Shown: piece by piece, positions 12,919-24,442 of the stretch
Layout of the letters: each line of letters begins with the position of its first letter
How positions within the stretch are numbered: the stretch's first letter is position 1
DNA from: Curvularia clavata
Lineage: Eukaryota
Assembly (NCBI GenBank): GCA_023920165.1
Contig: CP089275.1
Coordinates: 4,836,001-4,900,000, forward strand
Direction of reading: 5' to 3'
Length of the DNA stretch: 64,000 nucleotides
Position numbers and translations under genes: made by a program
Notes under the pieces: generated by a model
What the model was told of the DNA's origin: nothing
Database searches by the model: none
Seen by the model: the letters and a program-made list of their open reading frames with translations, nothing else

Positions 12919-13495
12919 ATGGCCACTAACAAATCGAGCAGCAAAGATAATGTTGGCCCAGACGAATTATACACGCCGTTGCTAAGCCTCAATCTTGGGA
13001 TTGACTTCTCAAGCAGCTTGCCTCAGCACGCCATCGATGCCATCTATGCCACTGAGTACGGTACGCTCAATCCGTTGTGCTCACACGTTCCTAAGCTTTG
13101 TTGGCATGCTAATGTATATCCAACAGGAGAACTCACAGACCAAGACCGTTACGACTGGATATGAAGAAGATCCAACAGGAATTCCGTGCGATTATGCCTA
13201 CAGGAACGGATTTCTATACCGCTGCTCCACATCTCATCAGCCGGTTTCATGCGGCAATGCAAGAGCGAGTTGCAGCGTTGGGACGAGGCGAGCCCATTGC
13301 CGTCGAGGTAGGAGGCATGTCCTAGCAAATTAAGGCATTTGTTGCTAACTCGATATACAGGGCCATGCCCCGAGGAGACCTGGACAAATGATGACGCAGT
13401 GGACAGCTGAAATCCTGGCGGGCGCACCGTCACTGTATCATCGCATCGAAGCGACGCTTGCTGCACGCTTTCTTAGCGGAGACCATGCCAAGTGA
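12919..13495 (+). CDS. Small three-exon hypothetical protein (150 aa); exons 12919-13055, 13127-13307, 13361-13495
   Basis: Introns 13056-13126 (GTACGG..GCTAAT..CAG) and 13308-13360 (GTAGGA..GCTAAC..CAG) give an uninterrupted 453-nt frame MATNKSSS..MKKIQQEFRAIM..RFLSGDHAK*. No family recognised. Confidence 0.6.
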
Positions 13496-14090
13496 CTGAA
13501 ACCATTCCATTAGCTGATACTGTGCAAGTGCTGAGTCTATTGTGAATGCTGCAGCCAAAGTAAATTCAAGATAGTCTCATCGATCTGGTATCAATCTCTC
13601 GTTGCAAGATATGTTTGCTTGCCCGCCAATGTGGGTCACTTTCTGATTGTACAGAGTCGAATGATACTCGAATCTCGATCATAACAGTCGAACTGAGTCC
13701 TACTTTTAGTGCTTGTTTTGAACCTGGCACACCAAAAGACATTTTGCTGCATAAGTGAAGTAAATGGTGCCCAGTCATGTTGTCAAGTAAGCTAAGGCTT
13801 TCCCCATACGTGAATGCGGGATGCATAGCAGCTCCGTTTGCTCGGTTGGAAGTTAAAGGTTTAGGCGGTAGCGCTGCTTCCTATTCTGTTAACAGTACCA
13901 GCGTCTTCGCTGACTAAAACTACATTCAATAACGCTCAAGCACGATACGAGCATTTCGAGTATTTGCGATTTGTTTGTGCTCAAGCGAGTTCCCGCAAAG
14001 CAAACAGGGATAGATGCATCGGTACCGAGCAACATCTCTTGAGGTTCCTCGTCCCACTATCTACACCTTTGTCCCAGCAACCACGCCCTC

Positions 14091-14783
14091 ATGCCGTACC
14101 CCGAGGACGTACACACTCCGCCTTCAACTCCGCCACCAAGGAAGTGTGGACTCAAATGGGCTGACTTCCAACATCAAGGAGATCTTAATATTACCAACAC
14201 AGCAACACAGCGCCAAAAGTTGCAGACACCTCTAGATCGTACAGTTGCCAGACTCCGTGAAGAGCGCTTTCGATTCATGGCAAAAGTACCTAACGACCTC
14301 AACAGCAAGACCTGCTGCCCGCGCGACCGCAGCGCCGTTCTCCAAATATATACAGAGGCTCTTGATCCAGAGAAGATCAATTGTAAAAATCACGAGGAAA
14401 TCTACGCGGAAGCCCATGCGAAGATCAGGATTATATTGAGCATCGCTTCAGCAGGTCCTAGAAATGATGTCTTTTATAAGGGGCTGCTTTCTCCAATTGA
14501 GCCTTTATACGCGAGACCGCGCATTGAGTTCCGCAAGGACAAATACAGCCATCGTGCAGCTACCAGAATCCAAGAGTGGAGAAATGATGGTTGGCCTTAT
14601 CGATACCCGAAAAATGCGATAGAAGCGGAGAAGGTTCGGAAAGGTCAGCTGAAGAGGTGGTATGAAGAGGATTGGACTGACTGGACTGTTGGAGGCTTGG
14701 ATGAGGAGAAAGAGGAGGAAGGAGAAGATGCAGCGAAAGATGAAGATGAGAATGAAATGGAATGGATGAGCTCTCAGGGATAA
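14091..14783 (+). CDS. Hypothetical protein (230 aa) with acidic C-terminal tail
   Basis: Intronless ORF with protein-like composition; no recognisable domain. Confidence 0.6.
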   Translation: MPYPEDVHTPPSTPPPRKCGLKWADFQHQGDLNITNTATQRQKLQTPLDRTVARLREERFRFMAKVPNDLNSKTCCPRDRSAVLQIYTEALDPEKINCKNHEEIYAEAHAKIRIILSIASAGPRNDVFYKGLLSPIEPLYARPRIEFRKDKYSHRAATRIQEWRNDGWPYRYPKNAIEAEKVRKGQLKRWYEEDWTDWTVGGLDEEKEEEGEDAAKDEDENEMEWMSSQG

Positions 14784-15490
14784 TTCATGTCTCGAGATAC
14801 ATGAAAACCAACGGAAAGTCGATCTGGGAATGAGGTAGCAATCTCCCAGATACATGAGCAGTCTGAGCGGAATAAGAGATGAATAAACATTGTAAAGGTA
14901 ATCTGTAATATAGATGAGATGTTTGTCATCGAGGAACTTCTTACAAGCTGGTTTATGGGCAGTGTGAACTTTGCAGAGACACGGATTGTGCTCATGAGTA
15001 GAACCTATTCAGTGATGCTGCTGCGGCCAACTTTTGATCCCAGCCCATACATAGAGATGGCGGAGGGAGCTACCTTCAAGCGAGCCTGAAGCCCATAGTC
15101 TGAGATTTATTGTCGAGTAACTTCTGACCTATATGATTGCCAACGAATTGGCAGTGAACCTGATATTCCATAAGCAACTAGACACAAACGAAAGCATCAA
15201 CACTATAGCGTTTCACCATCTCGAAGTAGGCATTCCATTCTATTTGTTAGTTGCACTCGTACGAAAATCTTCTAGTATTGTACATATTCCATAGTTCGTA
15301 TACAATGTTATGCACTGAGAGTTTACAACGCCCTCTTATACCTACCTACATTAAAGTCCATATAACATCAGTCTACTTCCGTATACTTCCCTGCTCAAAA
15401 CGACATATTCAACAACCATATTCAACAACCAATACATACTACCACATCGAGAACATTAACCACAAAAATATTCCAGCTCAAGAAAAAAAA

Positions 15491-15790
15491 ATGTTTTCTC
15501 AGTCGAACAACGACAACCTCAACTGCTCCCATGGGCTCTTTACCTATGAGGAACTGGAGGAATATCTCGCTAGACTCGGCGGGCGTGAGCCCGCCATCTT
15601 TCCCGAGATGTACGATCAGAGCCCTGGTACTGTTGGATCCCAGTCTGGACGCCGCGGTGCCATTTCCAGAGCCGCAGGAGTGCCTGCCTCTGCAGAGGCC
15701 GAGCAGAAGGTTCCTAAGAAGATATGGCTGGCGGAGTATACTGCTATGAAGAAGGCGCAGGCTGCTAAGGAAGAGACTGAGAAGAAGTAA
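15491..15790 (+). CDS. Small hypothetical protein (99 aa)
   Basis: ATG follows an A-rich leader (AAAAAAAAATG); GC-rich coding-like codons contrast with the AT-rich flanks; Lys/Glu/Ala-rich C-terminus. Confidence 0.55.
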   Translation: MFSQSNNDNLNCSHGLFTYEELEEYLARLGGREPAIFPEMYDQSPGTVGSQSGRRGAISRAAGVPASAEAEQKVPKKIWLAEYTAMKKAQAAKEETEKK

Positions 15791-16030
15791 GCATGTCTGC
15801 TCTTGAGAAGATGGGTACGGGAGGATATGGTTGAGTGATGCTAGTAATGTGGGCTAGAGAATAAGCTGTCAAGGTTTGGATGAGCTATAGGGTTCGCAAT
15901 CGTTGATTTGTATTCAGTTAATACGGAAACACATGTTGAGATTTTTTACAGTACTACGTCAAAAGTTTCGCTCGGTGACCATCGTCTTACCAAAATTATC
16001 GATTTCCACTATCTTTTAACTCAACAACTA

Positions 16031-16172
16031 ACATCCATCCCTGCGTAGCGCAAATCCAGGCGTGCCGTAAGCAACCAATCAAATCGTAAGAATTGGGGAA
16101 AAGTCTTTGATTCAAGACGGCTGATTGGTTGCTTGCGTCACGTAGGGATTTGCGTCACTATGGGATGGATGT
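16031..16172. mobile_element. 142-bp MITE of Tc1/mariner-pogo (Fot1-like) type
   Basis: 51-bp imperfect TIRs (16031-16081 / 16122-16172, 41/51 identical) starting ACATCCATCCC; TA on both sides (16029-30, 16173-74); two 17-bp subrepeats in each TIR; no ORF. Confidence 0.8.
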
Positions 16173-16919
16173 TACCTTAAAGAATCGTTTTCAATTTTAA
16201 TTTACTGAATCAGTCTACATATGGATAACTGAATTTCAATTTAAAGAAATTCTATTAAGTTTAAAAAAGAACGGCGTGGAGATAAATTACAAAAGTTGAA
16301 AAACAGCGAAGATTAACTAGTCAGGGTTTTACATGACTATGAATTTAAAAAGAACATTGAAAAAAAGATATCAACTTTTGAATATCTGTGGTTGAGAAAG
16401 TTGTTCATATTTTTGCTCAAAATTGAAATATGTTAACGTCCAAACACACCTCCACTCATGTAGCGGTCCTTGGATATTCTCATTCGGTAGTTGTAGTTTC
16501 ATAAGACTGCAAAGTAGGCCTGTGTTGGTGAGAAATCGCGCAAAGTGCAGAACCTTTGACACGTAACTGTAGATTGAAATAGGCTTGATACTTACTGTCC
16601 AATCAATTTTTATGTGATATTTAGCTGTGTCTTCTTTCGCATGCTTCCCTTGACTCAAATTACCATTACTTTCTGTGAATGTCGTATCTTGTTTGAAATC
16701 ATTTATGCTTTCTCGTTGTACTACAAATCCATGGTGTGGGCCCAGAAAATTTCTTCCTGTTCACATCACATACGTTTTTTCAACGCAACCATGCTAGCAG
16801 CTACTGATTATATCGCACGTTTTCAAGCTGAAATCCAGAACGATACAAGAAATTGGAACGAATAGCCTTCTAGTTACTTGGCGGTACTATCAGTAGATCG
16901 TGCACACAGTAAACCTTCA

Positions 16920-17293
16920 GCTATGCCGAGCCAATCCTAGCCCTTGGTGCGGCGGGGTGCTTATATTCATGCGTAATCGCCACTCTTATTAATATATCTC
17001 TAGTGAGCAGCTTCTGTGTTTCGCTATTATAAAACCGTCTACAACGTAACTTTCTCTAGACTAAGCTTATGGCTCTAGAGCCCTGTAGCTGTGTGAGCTC
17101 TAAAATCTAGTTAGCAAGTTAAAAAGCCGCGTACGAGTTAGATTCAGCTTTGGCTCTATAATGATAGTCTCTCGTGTATTACGATCACACCTCTTTAGTC
17201 TAATAGCATGGTCCCAAACTCAGTACAGTTGCGAGCAGAGTCGGTTTCTGGTTTTGAGCTTTGACCTGTTCTCACTACACGGTCTTGTTAACA
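16920..17293. repeat. Possible RIP-degraded repeat/transposon fragment
   Basis: TpA-rich, stop-rich sequence (CTCTAGA, CTATAA, TCTAGTTAG) behind a GC-rich end (CCGAGCCAATCCTAGCCCTTGGTGCGGCGGGGTGC). No partner end found in the window. Confidence 0.3.
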
Positions 17294-17582
17294 AAGGTGA
17301 TTCCTATGTCGTTTTAGCGGGCTAAAAGGGGCACGTGGAGCGTCTAACAATGTGTGTATGTCGAGATGCGATGGCTATAGCTTCCTACCTATGTATGACT
17401 ACTTGCGGTACATTGCATCTAGAAAGACTGATCCAGACAGGTACTTGTTAACCGCGGCTTTTGGGGCTCGATATCTCTCAGAATTTGATGAAAGTTACTA
17501 GAAAGCAGAAAATCTTTGGCAACTTATATATCGTGTCGAATCGTCTTCATGATAGAGCAATCGAAGGGACTAATGCAACTAT

Positions 17583-19356
17583 CTAGTTTATCTCGATATC
17601 CTCTAGTTTTTCTCGTCGTCCCCACATCATTTTGGTCAATCTATTGGAAAAGTTCGACCCTGTATCTTGGACCATGCTACCCAGCTTGATGTGAGGGTAC
17701 TTGTGTTGATAATGATTTTTTTCCCGATGCCACCATGTACGCCAAGCCAAAAGCACCACAATGGTCAGAGGCACGCTAACTATCCAATATATCCAAAAAT
17801 GTCTTGAGAGAACTTCAGTTTCTTCATTTGAGTTTGGTAATTTTGCCTTCGTTTCAGCCTGCCAATCGAACATTGACGCACTGAATAATGTCTTTATCGC
17901 ATACAACCTGGTTAGTTACATCTCTTATTTTTATTTTGACTAAGACGAATTATACGTACAGCTACGAATGTTGGAGGTAGAAAGAGAGTGGTAACAAAAG
18001 CAAGGGCTTTCATTGCAACACTATCAAGCCCTGTGGTGGCCGCAATTGTTGAATTGACGTTGCTGTCCATTTGAGCGACCATATTGTAAAGCTGAAACGG
18101 CTGGTCAAAACTTAAATTAATTGCTGAACGTATTGAACCTCTTACCACATTGAATTGTATATCTAGTCTGGCCTTTATCGCCTCCGTGTGTTCCAAAATC
18201 GAGGCAGCAAGAGTGGACAGGGTCTCAATAGTTTTCTCCAGCTTTGGTTCACTACTTCGCGTCGATTCGGTGAGCTCTTGGATATCTTTGGAGACATCTC
18301 GCAGGAATTGGCAATATCTTTTACTCCATTCTAAGTTCCCAGCGAACGTGGCAGCATCAGTAGCGATAGTGTTGATCTCAGTGATGGTGCTGAGTCGTTT
18401 CTCAGGCGCCATGTTTAGACTCAATGCTCCAAAATCCAATGGTGTTAAAGAGTTGCCGTTTCTTCCGGCTACCGTAACTCCTAGTTGTTTTTCCATTTTT
18501 GTCGTTCTACGAGAGAGATCGAACCCCTTGTACATGTCCGCATGGTAGATGTAGTCTTCAAGTAGAATTACCGGTAACAGCAATGGATGTCTCCAATCAG
18601 AAATTGCCGATTTGATGAGCTTGGCAATCCGGGGACCATGAAGTTCCAGATAGCTGGGACGCTCCATAATACTCATGTACCCTTTCCAATGCTTGTCACT
18701 GAACATGTTCCAGCCGAACATGAAGCCGAATGTGGTGTGTGTTTTGAAAGAGTGTGTCAAGCAGAGGCCGTAGTTTGCAACCTGGTACATTTGTGGAACC
18801 TTGACTGTAATAACTAACTTTCATATAAACTTTGCCGAGTTTTAAAGTCGTGACAATTTGGTCTTACCGAGCTGTCCGGACTTTTGATCATGAGGAGCCG
18901 AAGGACAAAAGTAGTAGGAATGACCACCTCCATTGAACTTGAATAATGGAAGCATTTCAATCGGAAGACCATACTTATCTTCGATAGCCAACAAGGAAGC
19001 CTTGCTCAAGCCAAAGTGAAGAGGCTGAAACATAGCTCGCTCACAAATTAGCAGTCTTATGCTGCCTTCTTCCTTCCCGAGACAAGAATCGGTTGGTCGG
19101 AAGAAGCGGCCCCTTTGATGTAGCCAGTCATCTACATCCAGGTCGCTTAGATCTCCCTCCCAATAAGATTCGTTTGTAGGCGTATCTACTGTAGTTTCTG
19201 AGGTTAGCGTAATGATCGAAACAAAGTAATTTTGAGGCTATGTTTGTTTAGCCTACCTGTATTTACAAAAGTCCGAGCTTCAATAAACCGAAGCTCACCT
19301 TCTCCAGGCTCCCACTTGCACTCATCTAGCACTTTCTGCCTTTGCAGATTGAACAT
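17583..19356 (-). CDS. CorA-like (Mg2+ transporter superfamily) membrane protein, 5 exons
   Basis: Introns ~19198-19256, 18814-18867, 18092-18145 and 17892-17959 join the ORF pieces in frame. C-terminus DSVAMKALAFVTTLFLPPTFVATLFSASMFDW...FWIYWIVSVPLTIVVL is the fungal CorA-like two-TM end; WRHPLLLP lies upstream. Confidence 0.75.
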
Positions 19357-19799
19357 TGCTTCCTATGGGCTCCGATAGAAATGAACTGAAGAAGCTTAGT
19401 GGTGAGCAGCGGACTATGAGGTGGTCAGGCAGTGCGCAAGCCTTTCAAGTTATTTATCTGCGTGCATTATTTTGCCGAAAGAGAGTTTGAGTCGAAAGCA
19501 GTTGACCGGTCAGTCTGCAAAAGAGTGGCACAGACGACTCACCGGTTGGCTATGCAGGATAACATTACCCTTGCGCGCCGCTAACTTAGTCCTAGGCAAG
19601 CATGTGCTACGCTGTCCATGCGGCAAGATCAAATCGAACTACGAAACGAGAAATCGATTTTGACCATGAATGCAACACTAAGTTGCTAGGAGCCCATTTC
19701 TCAAAAATCTCACTAGTATTTGTCGATGTAGCATAGTAGCCAAGCCTGTTTTGCGGTAACGTTGACTGATTACCCCGCGGAGGGGGGCTTTACCTCCCT

Positions 19800-20845
19800 G
19801 CTTTCTTTCGAAACCCATGAAAAATTTCTTGTGCTTCAAAAAGTCTTCCAGAATTTGCACAGAGTCAAACTATGTCCAGAACTACGGTAAGTGTTGATGG
19901 ATGATCGAGTCTAAGTGCCTCCTCGTATCCCCTTATTACGCGAATGTACATTTCCCCTGCTTCAATAAGCCTTCAAAAACGTTCGTAGAAAACGCAATTC
20001 TTCGTCTAAAAGACCAATAGAATTCAGTATGGATGTCTGCGGAATGTAAGGTGACGCAATATAAAGAAATTCGTGCCATCTCTTTACTCTATTTTTTGAT
20101 TCAGAACACGCATTGTCCATTCGTGAACGCAGCTATGCATGCTGTATTCTGTTGATTCAAGTATATCCAGATCCGAAGGTGTGTTGGCTTCTGCAAATCC
20201 ATAACTGCACAAAAGCCTCATCGCGTCGTTGAAGCTGGGCTCGTCTGTCACTAGTTGAGAGAACCATTCTGGACCCGATTGATTTCCTTCTTGTAGGGGT
20301 TCAACCCACAAGTCCTGATTATCGAAGTACATCCATAGCCGTATAAGTCTTGCCGACAGCTCTTTCAGCAGCTTGATATGGTCGTAAGAAAGCTGCTATG
20401 TCGTGTACAGCTGGTCTTCGTACGAGGTCAATCCCGGGGTCGTTTACTGTAGCTTCAGCCATGACGCTTTATATAGACTAAGGCAGTCCTGAGAGCTCGT
20501 TGCCACTTGGTACAGGTAAACGCGAGGGCAATTGGCAAGCCGTCCAGCTCTTTGACCAGCGGTGCGATATCCAGATCTACGATGGCGTCAGTGTCCGGTT
20601 CGCATCATCTCTGTTTGGTAAGAATACCGTCGCAAGCGTTCATCATCCGTGACACGTCGCATAAAATGTGAAGACTATTGCGCATGTCTTTTAGTTTACA
20701 CACTGGAAGGCGATGGCTGATGGCGCCTTCCAACGATTTAGTCGTCACAAGGATCGAACCATTGTATGCATCAGGTATGAACTGACGAATATCTACCGCT
20801 GTTGGTTCTGGTTTGTTACTAAATCTCGGGTTGTCGTATCTGTGG
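19800..20845 (-). pseudogene. Degenerate NB-ARC + TPR (fungal NLR-like) gene fragment
   Basis: Motifs recognisable across frameshifts and stops: YDNP..VDIRQFIP..GSILVTT, ELDGLPIAL (GLPLA), YFDNQDLW, YSMHSCVHEW (MHD-like) and a kinesin-light-chain-type TPR (EAGEMYIRVIRGYEEALRLDHPSTL). P-loop and N-terminal effector domain not found. Confidence 0.8.
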
Positions 20846-21387
20846 CAGATGCGGATCCCTTGAAACTTTCCTACCACTCTTGTTTGATAACCAAAATATC
20901 TAGCAAGACTCACAATATTTGCCTTGAGGGAGTTTGTGAGCCATTGCGTCTGTCACTCTTGCAATCTCTTCTAAGAATGCTCAGCAACATGTCTGCGCTG
21001 CCAGTAATGTACAACATTAGGAGTGCTGCACTAACGAAACAAATCAAATATCATGGCTTCGGACTCAGGAGAGATTTTAGACTCACAATGGAAAATAGAT
21101 ATCTAAGGAAACCAAAGTAGTAAAATGTCTTATTTTAAGCTCTGCATCTGCCAATAAGTGTATCGATCCTGTGTGTAGTTGACCTGGATGAACATCGCTC
21201 AGCGTACAATATGAAGCTGCGTTGCACTTCATTCAAGGTGATCGTACAGGCGGAAAAAAGAAACGTCCTTGAATACCAACCTGAAAAACAAAAGCCATGA
21301 GAACACCACCCTTTTGCAAGACCAGAAAGTGACAGGTTGTTAGTCAACTCCCCCTTTTGTTCTTAATCCACGCACACATGAAAACAC

Positions 21388-22356
21388 TTATGTCCCATTT
21401 CTCGTCTTCAAGAAGCCGTCCATTAGCGTTAAAAAGCCTTGTGCCATCTTCTTGCCACCCTCGCCACTTGGTTCCACCCTCGCCGTATAATCATCTGCGG
21501 ACTTTCCATCCAGAGCCTCAAACAACCCATACGGTACGACTGTTGTTCCTTCCACCTTTATACTCTTGGTTGCAAACTCGTACAGCTCGCGAATAGCCGT
21601 CTGCAATTGCTCTGGATCAGAATTGTACCCAAGGAAATCCAGCTTTGCATCCGCCCAGCTTGTCTGGTCTAGACCGGACTCCAGGGGATAGTATATCATG
21701 CAAGCGATAACTGCACGCGGTTTCGTTTTAGCGGTCAGTCGGGTGATATATTCTTGAATTTGGGTACCGAACATGTGTTTAAAGTATTGCATGGATTTTG
21801 CTGTTCCATCCTCAAGTGATTTTCGGGGCGTTAACTGGGTAAGTTGCAGCATGTGATCGACGGTTGTGAGACTGGGTTTTAGGACGACGTCGTTCCCGCC
21901 GACGCTGACGATAAGCATGTCATTGGGGCGGATGTTGTCGCGGATGAACTCGTCATGTTGCAACAGTTTGTCGTCACGCTCTCGGAGGAAAGACTCCTCT
22001 ACTGCCGTGTTGATGCATGTTGCGCGGTCTGCGAGAAAGTAGTTCATCCAATAAGCGACGTCGGGCCTAGGAGTGGTCGGCTCCTTCAACGTCTTTTCGT
22101 AAATGTCTGGCATTTGTCCATTGGTATTGCCGACAGACCTGTCTACCCAGAACTTGTTATCAAGAGAGGAGTCGCCAGCGAGATAGATTACGGGTTTGTT
22201 TGGTCGCTCGGAAATGGTAATGTTATGGAATTTGATGAGATCGCGGATCGGGTGCCCTTTGTACTCATAGTAGAACTCGTTAGAGTCGATCTTCGGGGTG
22301 GTTGTAGCTGCTGAAGTCATTTCTGAATTGGTACAAGTCATGCTTGTGACAAGCAT
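21388..22356 (-). CDS. SGNH/GDSL hydrolase-like protein
   Basis: Block I YLAGDSSLDNK, block III VSVGGND; the block V position reads DYTARVEPS. Confidence 0.75.
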   Translation of the reverse strand: MLVTSMTCTNSEMTSAATTTPKIDSNEFYYEYKGHPIRDLIKFHNITISERPNKPVIYLAGDSSLDNKFWVDRSVGNTNGQMPDIYEKTLKEPTTPRPDVAYWMNYFLADRATCINTAVEESFLRERDDKLLQHDEFIRDNIRPNDMLIVSVGGNDVVLKPSLTTVDHMLQLTQLTPRKSLEDGTAKSMQYFKHMFGTQIQEYITRLTAKTKPRAVIACMIYYPLESGLDQTSWADAKLDFLGYNSDPEQLQTAIRELYEFATKSIKVEGTTVVPYGLFEALDGKSADDYTARVEPSGEGGKKMAQGFLTLMDGFLKTRNGT

Positions 22357-22956
22357 GAAGATGGAGGCTGCAGTTCTCTATACAGTAGCGGAAATCATAG
22401 CTTGATTGATGATTCTCGGTCGCGGTAGGGAATAGAAGACAGGATGCAGAGGTGTGTGTTGTTGCTCACATGCAACTACAATCAATGATATCCCAGTGTT
22501 GCCTGGGTTCTTGAAAGGAAACGTTTGCTTGTCTGTTCTTGTCATATGAAGCACACAAGGCAACCAAAATAGCGGTGCGCAGCTAAGCACGGCTGATGAT
22601 GACATCACGTTGACCAATAGGATCAGCATCTCTTGAAGCCAATAATGATCGCAGGCGCAACTTACCCCAAAGTCCCTACTACCCAACATGCATGTTCAGT
22701 CCTCGGAAATCTCAGAGTGAACAAGTCATTCTGACATCACGTGCCCATCCACTGCACAAGAAATCCAGGCAAGCACACCACAATGATACAACCCAAGAAA
22801 ACCATATTTGAATTCCGTATCATCTAAACCCTGAGGTCAGGGAAATCTGCCGAACTGATCATGTCACAAATTGCCTTTTTTCTTTTCCATCAACAAGCCA
22901 CATTACCTTTCCTCACCACTCCTTCAAAGCACATCACCCTGCATGCAAACCACTCT

Positions 22957-24132
22957 TCAACCCAACCACTCCCTCAATCTCTCAAAATCCTCCGCCACCG
23001 CACGCTCCAGCCTCGCCAACCGCTGCTTCTGTTCTACAAATTCCCTATCTGCCTCCTCTATACTTGCCAAAAACTCCAGTATAAGATGCTCCGGCCCCTC
23101 AGTATGAATTGACGTGCAGAACACACTTCGCCGGACATGGCGGAGCAAAGATGAAAGATACGTATCGCTGGGTTCAAGGATTATGTGCAGGGTGACTTGA
23201 GGTGCTGGGGCTGGTGCGGACCCAGTGCAGTATGGGTTGCTGCAGGGTACAGTGGAATTGGAATTCCGGAGACTAGCCACGAAAAATGGATCTGAGAATA
23301 TAGAGTAAGTACGCTGTTGTCGGGCCTCGAGAGCGTCAATTCTAGCTTGGTATTCAGCTGCCACTTCTGCTCTAGCTTGAGCGACTTGCTGCTCAGTGTC
23401 CTGGTCCTTGGTGAGCAGAAGCTGCTCCTGGGCTGCAAGTTGCGAGAGGAGGTTGTTGTTCCTGGTAATGAGCCTCAAGTTTCTCACACGAAGACTGTGG
23501 GAATGTTTGACTTCGGTATCAAAGTCCGCTGCCAGTTTGTGGTAGGCGTTGTCCAGGTCGATCAAGTGAGTCATCAGCACATTGTTCTCCAGCTCCAGAG
23601 TAGAGAGATATTCTATCAGCTCTTCGATCTCAGTCTCCTCATCCTGAACCTCGACAGGTGCGGTACGCGCACCAGTGATATCAGATAGACCAAGTTCAGG
23701 CGGCGTAATCGTATCGGAGCCGATATGAGATTCTAGCTTCCTAGCCGCCTGCTTCTTCTGTTGATATTTCACAAAATTCTTTACAAGCAGGTGTTGCAAC
23801 TCTGCCTCTCCCGGCTCAACATCCATCTCTTCTCGCAAATCTGCGATTTCAGCTTCGAATTCACTAAGGTGTTCCCGCTCCTTCGTAAGCTGAAACCCCT
23901 CTTCTCTCTCTAAGAAATCAGCGTATTGCTGGGTTAGAACCGCCTCACTCCGCCTCAAACAGTCCAACTCCTCTTCTATCGGATCGATCTCCGTAGCCTG
24001 GGTCAAGCTGCCGCTGTCGTGGGGACAAAGTATCCAGTCGTCGTTTGTGTCCACCGACGAAACGGCAGGAGATGTGGGGCGCGAAATATCTTCGAGAGAC
24101 AACATGAAAATATCCGTTGTTTGAGAAAACAT
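22957..24132 (-). CDS. Hypothetical coiled-coil protein (391 aa)
   Basis: Intronless ORF rich in E/L/Q heptads; no recognised domain. Confidence 0.65.
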   Translation of the reverse strand: MFSQTTDIFMLSLEDISRPTSPAVSSVDTNDDWILCPHDSGSLTQATEIDPIEEELDCLRRSEAVLTQQYADFLEREEGFQLTKEREHLSEFEAEIADLREEMDVEPGEAELQHLLVKNFVKYQQKKQAARKLESHIGSDTITPPELGLSDITGARTAPVEVQDEETEIEELIEYLSTLELENNVLMTHLIDLDNAYHKLAADFDTEVKHSHSLRVRNLRLITRNNNLLSQLAAQEQLLLTKDQDTEQQVAQARAEVAAEYQARIDALEARQQRTYSIFSDPFFVASLRNSNSTVPCSNPYCTGSAPAPAPQVTLHIILEPSDTYLSSLLRHVRRSVFCTSIHTEGPEHLILEFLASIEEADREFVEQKQRLARLERAVAEDFERLREWLG

Positions 24133-24442
24133 AAACTAGTTTATACAACTGCAGTTTACAAAAGGTGGTGCAAGGGCTGGAATTTAAATATTTTAGGCTC
24201 CATGGTGAAGCAGCACTTAACTTTGTGAAGCTTAATACAATTTTAACTGTGTAATTTCACACAATGCTCACGTATTCGGAGTGTCTTACACAAAGTGCTT
24301 GTCTTAAACACCACTGGTTGACTGTTTGTACAAAGTTATGCATCACCTATGCACTAGACCAAATATGGGATCGAGAAAACTGATTTCGCGACATTTACAG
24401 CACGGAGGAGAAATTGACGAGCTTACATCAGCGAAATCGATA

